Positions 54,001 to 64,000 of a stretch of 64,000 bases of DNA are shown here, piece after piece. Origin of the DNA: Octopus vulgaris. Taxonomy: Eukaryota. The DNA is taken from positions 39,184,001 through 39,248,000 of the forward strand of contig OX597829.1 in the NCBI GenBank assembly GCA_951406725.2, written 5' to 3'. Under the pieces are notes generated by a model, which saw only the letters and a program-made list of their open reading frames with translations, made no database searches and was not told the origin of the DNA. Position 1 is the stretch's first letter, and each line of letters begins with the position of its first letter. A program made the translations under genes and the position numbers.

Positions 54001-55057
54001 TCGTCAAAGGCTTCGAGTAATATGTCTCTAAATCTCTGTCCATTTGCAAGATCTTTAAGTCTCCAGACCCTTCTTCTCTTTGCTGGTCATCTTCTGGGCA
54101 TCCATTTAGCCCTGATCCTGAAGTCACTAACTACCGGGCTATGTTGTGGGGTACATTCTTTGCCTGGGAAGGTTTTGGCCTTTATAAGCAGCCATCTTTC
54201 CCTTTTTCCTTTTTCTTTTTCCCTTTTTCTGGTGAGGATGTAGTCAATCTGACTAGTGTGTTTGCCAGAGCAGTAGGTGACTAGGCGGCTGGCAGGTTTT
54301 CTGAAGTTAGTATTGCAAACCATAAGATCATTTGCGTCACAGAACTCCACCAGCCTGGTTCCCTCCTCATTGCGAGAACCAAAACTGTAGCCTCCATGTA
54401 TGCCATGGAAGCCCCCGACATGTTGTCCAACATGTCCATTGAAGTCACCAGCCGCAAAGAGAAGTTCCCTGTCATTTGTCAACATGATAGTCTGCAAGAG
54501 GGTGTCACAGAATCGGTCTTTCTGTCCATCGGGTAGCCCTGGCTGAGGGGCATAGGCCGAGATAATGGTTGCTAACCGATGATGGAGCACTAATCTAATC
54601 TTAAGTATTCTGTCGCATACTCTGACTACCTCAGTTACCTTATCTGCCTATTTCTCCACAAGAAGTATACCCATACCCCTAACCCCGTCAGTGTTCCCTG
54701 CCCAGAAAATCTTGTGTTCTTTGCCTGTGAGGAACCTACCAGAACCTCCTCACCACCTTACTTCTTGGATGCAGCACATATTGACACATCTCCATTCAAG
54801 CATCTCAACAATCTCACCAGACCTACCTTTTAGTGTGCTGACGTTGAGAGTACCAACCTTGAGTGTGTGGGAGGTACGGTCCCTAGAGACCCTGGGGTAG
54901 GGGACAGTGGCATCATGTACCTGAAAAGATAGATAGATATATTCAGATGAATATGGTACTTACGTTGAGGCACCAGAATTTAGTACGGTACAATTTCAAA
55001 GTAAGGTGAATAAAATCAAAATAAACTTATGGATATCCTTGTTGCTTGTTTTGATTG
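51099..55057 (-). mobile_element. Near-full-length, inactivated RTE-type LINE (AP endonuclease, RT, PHD finger, (GAT)n tail)
   Basis: APE motifs SAYAPQ, GDFNGH, QIDYI and PQH; RT motifs KAPGPSGI, NYRGIKLL, GVHQGSDLSPLLF and LLYAGD (YADD mutated); C-terminal RGRPRKT and DRDFW. Many frameshifts and stops; 5' limit uncertain. Confidence 0.93.
51242..51471 (-). mobile_element. SINE family B inserted in the LINE 3' UTR with 12-bp TSD
   Basis: cttcctaatgcc at 51230-51241 and 51472-51483. Confidence 0.92.
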
Positions 55058-55065
55058 ATATATAT

Positions 55066-56699
55066 ATCATCATCATCATCATCATCATCATCATTTAACG
55101 TCCGCTTTCCATGCTAGCATGGGTTGGACGGTTCAACTGGGGTCTGGGGAGCCCGAAAGCTGCACCAGTCCAGTCAGATCTGGCAGTGTTTCTACAGCTG
55201 GATGCCCTTCCTAACGCCAACCACTCCGAGAGTGTAGTGGGTGATTTTATGTGCCACCGACACAGGTGCCAGACGAGGCTGGCAAACGGCCACGCTCGGA
55301 TGGTGTTTTTTATGTGCCACCGACACAGGTGCCAGACGAGGCTGGCAGACGGCCACGCTCGGATGGTGTTTTTATGTGCCACCGACACAGGTGCCAGATG
55401 AGGCTGGCAAACGGCCACGATTGGATGGTGTTTGTTACGTGCCCACAGCACGGAGGCCAGTCGATGCGGTACTGGCTACGGCCACGTTCGGATGGTTTTC
55501 TTGTGTGCCACGTGCCACCGGCACTGGTACCACAAAGATACAAATTCCATTGATGTTCATCTATTTTGATTTGTTTTGATTTTCACTTGCCTCAACAGGT
55601 CTTCACAAGTGTCACAAGAAGGAAGGTATGCACAGGTGGACTGACTACGTCCCAGGTAGGGGCCACAGGTTATGGCCTGACTAGTCTTGCCGGGTCTTCG
55701 GATGGTGTTTTTATGTGCCACCGACACAGGTGCCAGATGAGGCTGGCGAACGGCCACGCTCGGATGAGCGCAGGCAACAGGCCACGATCGGATGGTGTTT
55801 GTTACGTGCCCACAGCACGGAGGCCAATCGATGCGGTGCTGGCTACGGCCATGTTCGGATGGTTTTCTTGTGTGCCACCGGCACTGGTACCACAAAGATA
55901 CAATTCCATTAATGTTCATCTATTTTGATTTGTTTTGATTTGATTTGATTTGATTTGTTTTGATTTCATTTTGATTTTCACTTGCCTCAACAGGTCTTCA
56001 CAAGTGTCACAAGAAGGAAGGTATGCACAGGTGGACTGACTACGTCCCAGGTAGGGGCCATGGGTTATGGCCTGACTAGTCTTGCCGGGTCTTCGGATGG
56101 TGTTTTTATGTGCCACCGACACAGGTGCTAGATGAGGCTGGCGAACGGCCACGATCGGATGGTGTTTGTCATGTGCCCACAGCACGGAGGCCAGTCGATG
56201 CGGTACTGGCTACGGCCACTTTCGGATGGTTTTCTCTTGTGTGCCACCGGCACTGGTACCACAAAGATACAAATTCCATTGATGTTCACCTATTTTGATT
56301 TGTTTTGATTTGATTTTGATTTTCACTTGCCTCAACAGGCCTTCACAAGTATCACAAGGAGGAAATTATGCACAGGTGGACTGACTACGTCCCAGGTAGG
56401 GGCCATGGGTTATGGCCTGACTAGTCTTGCCGGGTCTTCGGATGGTGTTTTTATGTGCCACCGACACAGGTGCTAGATGAGGCTGGCGAACGGCCACGAT
56501 CGGATGGTGTTTGTTATGTGCCCACAGCACGATGGCCAGTGATGCGGTACTGACTATGGCCACGTTCGGATGGATTCTTGTGTGCCACCGGCACTGGTAC
56601 CACAAAGATACAAATTCCATTGATGTTCATCTATTTTGATTTGTTTTGATTTTGATTTTCACTTGCATCAACAGGTCTTCACAAGTGTCACAAAGAAGG

Positions 56700-56703
<4 letters not shown>
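55066..56703 (-). mobile_element. Second RTE 3' UTR fragment amplified into tandem units of about 340-395 bp with 62-63-bp subrepeats
   Basis: Unit marker cggatggtgtttttatgtgccaccgac at about 55360, 55699, 56094 and 56439; (CAT)n tail at 55066-55094. Confidence 0.88.
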
Positions 56704-56739
<36 letters not shown>

Positions 56740-57099
56740 TGTGTGTGTGATGTCAGTGAACAGGTCACGGTCTCAAAGTGATGAAAATATTTTGACAAAT
56801 TAAATTCAAATGTTGAAGTGAATCTAACAGTTTTTGTGTGTTTCTTAAATGGCTTATAAATACCTTCCATGCTGCAATTGTTATATATGTGTGTGTGTGT
56901 GTGTGTTGCTTCAAGGTTGTTGAATTTTGTAAGGGAAGAACATCTATTCAAGATGAAGGCCATAACCAATGTGAATGACTTTCTAGAAAATTAGCTTTTC
57001 TTAGTTCCAGACAGATATGCCATAAACTTTCTAGAAAATTAGCTTTTCTTAGTTCCAGACAGATATGCCATAAATACGATATAGGATACAAAGCATTGT

Positions 57100-58772
57100 A
57101 ACTTCACTTCCACTATCTCCAACACCTCTGTCTCCTTCCTCGACATTTCGGTTAGCATTCTTCACTCCACTCTTACCACCTCCATTCACTACAAACACAC
57201 AGACTCACACTCATACCTCAACTTCTCTTCTTCCCACCCAGAACACACCAAGCTTTCCATCCCCTATTCCCAATTCCTCCGTCTACGTAGGCTCTGTAGT
57301 GACGACCATGACTTTGAGACTCAGTCTCGACGTATGGCTCACCACTTCATCCTACGTGGATACCCCCTCACCACTATCCACACCGCCCTTGCCAGAGCAT
57401 GTTCCGTGGACCGTGTATCTGCTCTCTCTCCCCGAACCCGCCCTGTAGTCTCCCGCCTCCCTTTCCCCTCACTTACCACCCCACGACCCTACCTCTCCAA
57501 CGCACCATTCTTCGAGCTTTCCGTCATCTCCAGTCTGATCCGTCCACTTCACACCTCTTCCCTAACCTCTTCCCCTCTTTCAAACGAGCCCATAACCTTC
57601 GAGACCTTTTGGTCCATAGCTCCTTCCCTGACCCTACCTCCCAACCTGGCTGGTTCCCCTGCTCCCGCCCACGTTGCCGCACTTGCCCTTACCTCTCCAA
57701 CACCACCCTCCTCACTGGCACCCATCATCGACCCTATCGCATCATCAACTCCTTCACCTGCACCTCCAGGTGCAATATTATCTATTGCATCTCTTGCTCT
57801 CTCTGCCATTCCCTGTACATCGGACAAACGGGACGCCGCTTGGCTGACCGGTTCGCGGAACACCTTCATAACATCCGCCTGGCGAACGACACACCGGTCT
57901 CACGCCATTTCCGCTCCACCGGTCACTCCTTGCAACACCTGTCTGTGTTCGGTTTGTCCTTACACAGAGGCCATCCGGATTCCCGTTTGCGCCATGAACA
58001 GGAATTAATCTTCTCTCTTCGCTCTTATACGCCATTTGGTCTCAACTCTACCCCCCTCCTCATCTAACCCCCCTCTCCCCCAATCATCTAACCTCCCCCC
58101 GACCCCTACTTATCTTCAGTCCTTCATCCTTTCACCCCTACTCCTCTTCCCTTCTTCCCTCTTTCTTCCTCCCTCCTTCTTCCCTCTTCCCCTTCCCTCT
58201 TTCTCTCTGCTCCCTCACTCCCCTTCTCTCTCTCTCCCCCTCTCCCTCTATCCTCCCTCCTCCTCTTCTCCTCTCCTTCATTCTCCCCCTTCCCCCTCCT
58301 CTTCCCCTCCCCCTCCCTTCTTCCCTCATCTCCTCTCTCTACACTACACCATACGACTTTACACATCACATCATATATACATACACACGTCCAGACCTCT
58401 CATACGCACTAATACTCTCTCATACACACACACACACTCTTATGTTGGGGCGAGGTCATTTAACCCTATTATCTCCCCTAATTTCGCTCTTGCGTCTCAC
58501 GTTTGATCTTTGACTTCTGGCCGAAATCAGATCGCCATGTTGATTCGCTAGCCTCTGCACGCATTTTTTTTCTCTCCTTCTTTCTGTGTTTTTTCTCTGT
58601 GTATCTTTCTGTTGAAGAGCGTAGGCTCGAAACGTTAAAGACTTGTTTTATTTATATTTCCTGAGCGCCATACTAATACAATTGTTTGTTTGTATTCCAC
58701 CTGCCTTCGTCTTTTGTTTATTTCCGTAAACCTGCCTTCGTCTTTTGTCTATTTTCATAAAGCTTCCCGTTA
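57100..58772 (+). mobile_element. 5'-truncated Penelope-like element (Neptune-like): RT thumb, GIY-YIG, pLTR
   Basis: SFLDISV...HYKHTDSHSYLNFSSSHPEHTKLSIPYSQFLRLRRLCS...RGYP, a frameshift, then CSRPRCRTC and IIYCISCSLCHSLYIGQTGRRLADRFAEH...GLN; ends in (TA)n. Confidence 0.92.
58604..58641 (+). ncRNA. Minimal hammerhead variant in the Penelope pLTR (core CTGTTGA)
   Basis: tcttt-CTGTTGA-a-gagc(gtag)gctc-GAAA-cg-TT-aaaga; A6 is replaced by U. Confidence 0.55.
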
Positions 58773-59046
58773 TATATATATGTGTTGTATATATATATAT
58801 GTATGTATATATATATAAGTACTTTTTTCTTAATATTTAGCAGGAGCAACAGAGTGACTCTTGCCCCTTAAGTCTCTCTATTGCTTCTGCTAAATATTAA
58901 TACATACACATGCACACACACATACATACATGCATACATACAACATATATACATATATACACACATATATACACACATACATACATACATACATACACAC
59001 ACTACATACAGACATACACACATATACATACATACATCATACATCA

Positions 59047-59078
<32 letters not shown>

Positions 59079-61065
59079 CATACATACATGCATGCATGCA
59101 CCCATACATCAATCCATACTTACAAACACCCATCCATACATACATACAGAAATACGTACAAAATAGAAGAGACATACTATATAATGTACATTTAGAGAGG
59201 AAGAGGAAGAACAATATGTGTAACTGAGATGCATTTATAAAAGTACTTTAATAGCTGCATATATATCTTAATATATAAAAGTGGATATATGATATATTTT
59301 ATGATTTAGACCATAGCTTTGCTTCAAGGTTGTTGAATTTTGTAAGGGAAGAACATCTATTCAAGATGAAGGCCATAACCAATGTGAATGACTTTCTAGA
59401 AAATTTGCTTTCCTTAGTTCCAGACAGATATGCCATAAATGCGATATAGGATACAAAGCATTGTAACAGACATTGGAAACAGTTACTGAGTTGAAAAAAA
59501 AATTATTCATTTAGATTAATTATGTAAATTAGCAAAGTATTTTAGATAGATTGTAAGTTTTACTAGAAAATATGTAAAATGTAAAAACATTTTATTTTAA
59601 ATTCATATTTATTTGTGTTATTCCTTTTTTTTTTGTATTTTTTGTATGTGTTTTTATGAAGCTCTGTATGAACCAGGGCCCGCCTTAAGAAGTGCAGGGC
59701 CTAATTGGGAACAATTTTGGTGGGCCCCAGGTTCCCAGTCAACATGCACCAAGGTCTATATAATCATAAAAATATTAAAATGTCTATTATGCCAAGCCAT
59801 GCCAAACCAGATGTGACCCCTCGCTTGTTGGCCTCTGTCAAACCATCGAACCCATGCCAACATGGAAAGTGGACGTTAAATGATGAATATGATGATGATA
59901 TGGCATTTATATGCACACACACACACACACATATATGTATGTATATGTATATATATGTATATGTATATATATATGTATATGTATGTACGTATATGTATAG
60001 ATATATGTGTGTATGTATATATATGTGTATATGTGTGTCTGAAACATGGATAATTTGTTAAAATTTTCTACATATGTCTCAGATGGTGTAGATTACAATT
60101 ATATCGAAATTTGTTGTATAAAGCACTTTTCTCTCTCTTTTAAATAAACTCAAAAGTAGGCGGTCCTCAACATGGTTGTTTAGTATGCTAGAAATAGCAG
60201 CTATTAAGCATTAAAAAAAAATCCACTATACTGATCTCCGAATATGGCACAAAGGGGAAAAAGTTCTTTGTACTATACTAGGAGCCGAGATTAAGTGATA
60301 GCACACAAAAAAAAAAAAACCAACTCCGAAGTGAGGGGGAATTTTGAGGGCCCATCCCACTCCAATTTCAGTGGAAATAAGTCATTTGTGGTATATTGGG
60401 AGATGAGATTAGTTGATAGCACAAGAAAAAAGAAAAATGAGGAAAAATATTATTTCTCACTGAAATCGAGTCGGGTGTTGTTAAACTATAATTTTAAACT
60501 ACATCCAAGCTACGCCTTTTAAAAATATTCTGACAAAAATCAGAAAGAAATTTAACAAGATCCTAAAGAAACTTTTATTTGATGCATGTTGTTCTGCTAC
60601 AAGCGATATTCATAAAATGCAAATTAATAATAATTATTAATTAGAATTTTTCATAAGCTGGTTATATAATTACCGATTATATATTTTCTATAAGCTCTGT
60701 TGTAAGACACAGTCCTGTCTGTGTGGTAAGAATTTTGTTCCTTAGCTATATGTTTCTGGATTTAGCACTAGTGTGTGACACCAAATGTCTCCTACTATAG
60801 CCCCATATGTGCTAGTGTATGTGCATGCGTGCACGCGCGCGTGTGTGTGTGTGTGTGCATGCATGTGTGTGTGTGGCTATATGTTTGTGCCTGTCCAAAA
60901 CTGGAATGGGTGCCATTGCAAAGAGATTTTCTCTTTTGAACAAGAGAAAGAAATTTTATCTCATCTCCCCCATCCTTTTCTCTCTCATTATACACACACT
61001 CACATACATGTGCATGCATGTATGTACGTATACAATTCCCCACAAAATAAAAATACATATACATA

Positions 61066-61472
61066 GGCGCAGGAGTGGCTGTGTGGTAAGTAGCTTGCTA
61101 ACCAACCACATGGTTCCAGGTTCAGTCCCACTGCGTGGCATCTTGGGCAAGTGTCTTCTGCTATAGCCCCGGGCCGACCAATGCCTTGTGAGTGGATTTG
61201 GTAGACGGAAACTGAAAGAAGCCTGTCGTACATATGCATATATATATAAGTGTGTGTGTGTATAGGTTTGTGTGTCTGTGTTTGTCCCCCCAGCATTGCT
61301 TAACAACCAATGCTGGTGTGTTTACGTCCCTGTCACTTAGCGGTTCAGCAAAAGAGACCGATAGAATAAGTACTGGGCTTACAAAGAATAAGTCCCGGGG
61401 TCGATTTGCTCGACTAAAGGCGGTGCTCCAGCATGGCCGCAGTCAAATGACTGAAACAAGTAAAAGACTAAA
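61066..61472 (+). mobile_element. SINE family A, full length
   Basis: Family homology. Confidence 0.93.
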
Positions 61473-61929
61473 ATACATATATATACAATCATACACATAA
61501 ATACAAAAGCCTCAACCAAACCATTATCAAAAATAATTGAAATTTTTACCTTTAACCATTGTAGCCAAAATACTGAGTACTGAATTCTTTTGCACATCAA
61601 CATCCATTTAGCCTTTTGCTTTTATCATTTAAAAGAACTTTTAGTTCTTACACAATAAATAAGAACTTTATATTTTGGTTATGTATGAGTTGCATTCCAG
61701 ATGTTTTAAGACTTTTTTCTTAAGAAAGGCAGTTATAACCATCCTAGATTATTGCAATTTTAGTGTAACTTTGTGTATTAGTGTATCTAATATGTTGACC
61801 TATCCACTTCTTTATTCCAAAGTGGGGGAAATGGCTGTAACAACACTTTGAACACACCTTGCAAAACACCACTTGTCACAGCCGACTAGTTTGTGGAATG
61901 CAGTCAGGACATGAAGACAGTTTGGAAGT

Positions 61930-62497
61930 TCCTTATGCCATAAAATTTTGCGTTAAAATGGATAAAAACATTACAGAAACTGATGAAATGCTCCAGACTG
62001 CTTATTGATTAACTTGTATGAATCAGGCATCTACTTTTCATTGGCATAAGAGGCCAGGCAAAGCAAGTCCGTTAGGAAGCTCATAATGATCTCCATTTTT
62101 GACAGCAAATATCATCTACCTTCACTGGATTCCCTCTGACCAGATGGTCAATAAAGAGTACTTTGTGAAGGTTTTGAGAGAGTTCTGAAGAAATATCATT
62201 GCAAAAGACCAGAGCTTTTTTGTACTAGGACAATATACCAATCTTCAGTTCCATCCTGGTATTTGACAGAAACAGGCTTCAAAACTGTCCCTCACTCTCC
62301 TCAGAGTCCAGACTTTGAAAGGGGTTGTGACAAGAGTTCAGGAAACCTTCCCTTTGGAGGACTTCCATGGAGCTTTCACAACATGGCTAGAGTACTACAA
62401 CAAATGCATTCAAGACAGAGGATCGTATTTTCGAGGATATTATAGTTTTGTACTCCTCTGACTCCTGAAAAAGTTCCAGAACCTTTGGAATGCACCT
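61930..62497 (+). mobile_element. Deleted and degenerate mariner transposon
   Basis: YAIKFCVKMDKNITETDEMLQTAY (N-terminal HTH), VNKEYFVKVLREF, GFKTVPHSPQSPD. Confidence 0.75.
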
Positions 62498-62559
62498 TAT
62501 ATTAGAATATCTATATCTGTGTGCACATGTATGTGTAAGTGTGTGTGTGTGTGTATATA

Positions 62560-62785
62560 CTCTTTTACTCTTTTACTTGTTTCAGTCATGTGACTGAGAC
62601 CATGCTGGTGCACCGCCTTTAGTTGAGCAAATTGACACCAGGACTTCTTCTTTGTAAGCCTAATACTTATTCTATCAGTTCTTTTGCCGAACCGCCAGGT
62701 TACGGGGATCATACCACCAGTGGTTGTCAAGCAATGTTCGGAGGGGGGACAAACACAGACACACAAACATATACACACACATACA

Positions 62786-62848
<63 letters not shown>

Positions 62849-63250
62849 TCTCTTTACTCTTTTTACTCTTTTACTTGTTTCAGTCATTTGACTGCGGCTA
62901 TGCTGGAGCACCGCCTTTAATCGAGCAACTCGACCCCGGCACTTATTCTTTGTAAGCCCAGTACTTATTCTATCGATCTCTTTTGCCGAACTGCTAAGTG
63001 ACGGGGACATAAATACACCAGCATCGGTTGTCAAGCAATGCTAGGGGGACAAACACACAAACACACACACACATATATACATATATACGACGGGCTTCTT
63101 TCAGTTTCCGTCTACCAAATCCACTCACAAGGCTTTGTTCGGCCCAAGGCTATAGTAGAAAACACTTGCCCAAGGTGCCACGCAGTAGGACTGAACCCGG
63201 AACCATGTGGTTGGTAAGCAAGCTACTTACCACACAACCACTCCTACACC
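62560..63250 (-). mobile_element. Two SINE family A copies (partial 62560-62765; full 62848-63250)
   Basis: Family homology. Confidence 0.9.
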
Positions 63251-63510
63251 TATATGTATGTATATATATATGTGTGTGTGTGTATGTATACAGACACACA
63301 CATACACATACATACACACACACACACACATATATATATATTTGAAAATACTGATGCAAACAAACACACTTGGGCTCGATAAACAAAATATACATACATA
63401 TACAGATGTAAATATATAGCAATATATATATATATATATATAGAAAGAAACAAAAACTGAAAATATTCAAAAGATGAACACTTCTGTTCATATTCTCAAC
63501 CAGGTGTATA

Positions 63511-63552
63511 GGTACTGAAGAAAGGTAAAACCCTGAAACCAGCTAGTCTACT
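63511..63552 (+). ncRNA. Slightly decayed hammerhead motif heading a repeat related to 29820-30700
   Basis: ggta-CTGAAGA-aagg(taaaa)ccct-GAAA-ccagctag-TC-tact; downstream ccagctggaggagg..cctagggttaa resembles 30671-30700. Confidence 0.5.
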
Positions 63553-64000
63553 GGTCCTGTCATCACTCAACGGGATTTTTTGCTCCCTTGTTTGCAATAT
63601 AACAGACAGATATTGTGTCATTGACCAGCTGGAGGAGGTGTCCTCCTAGGGTTAAAAAGGTAGCAACATTGTTTTCTATGAAACAACCACATTCAGGTGG
63701 TAACAGCCATTACTTTTCAGGTATTTATACATTTACAGAAGAAATCTACACGGAGTACAAAAAAAATACAGAAAACTAAGGAGAGAGAGAGAGCATGGTA
63801 TTTCAGGTCCGACAGCTGTTCCTGGAGGCTCAGAATTATGTAATAGTTGTAAGCTGTAATGTTAGCAGATGGAGAGTGCAAAAAGACAGCCACTAGTGGA
63901 TGCATATAAACATTGCTGCAAAGCCTGACCTCTATTTTGAGGCTAGAAAGATGGGCAAATATGCATATATATATATATGTGTGTGTGTGTATGTATATAT

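Noticed and set aside
55240-56703. CRISPR-like array or repeat-protein ORFs (CHRHRCQ, VPPTQVP)
   Set aside because: Tandemly amplified LINE 3' UTR; intervening sequences are homologous and the ORFs are incidental.
59280-59450. Protein-like frame DLDHSFASRLLNFVREEHLFKMKAITNVNDFLENLL
   Set aside because: Short, no recognised family and no clear splice sites; cannot be supported without a database search.

Overview
This is AT-rich, microsatellite-dense eukaryotic DNA. Its SINE and LINE content looks like an octopus (coleoid cephalopod) genome, which is an inference from the repeats. No intact host protein-coding gene is visible. Nearly all ORFs in the supplied track are microsatellite or SINE artefacts or decayed transposon fragments. 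The window is probably intronic and upstream DNA around a possible minus-strand promoter or first exon at about 19.3-23.9 kb. Recognisable mobile DNA includes a near-full-length but inactivated RTE-type LINE (APE, RT, PHD finger; 51.1-55.1 kb), two 5'-truncated Penelope-like elements with GIY-YIG endonucleases, and remnants of CRE-like and HERO-like restriction-endonuclease retrotransposons. There are also Tigger/pogo and mariner relics, TTAA MITEs, a complete non-autonomous Helitron and about 25 tRNA-derived SINEs of four families. The most striking signal is a set of type I hammerhead ribozyme motifs from at least six different element families, several inserted in (TA)n tracts. The best case is a non-coding 1.7-unit tandem (33.1-34.2 kb) with two intact hammerheads exactly 584 nt apart, the layout expected of a retrozyme that produces a circular RNA. 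All folds and motif calls were made by eye and need computational confirmation.
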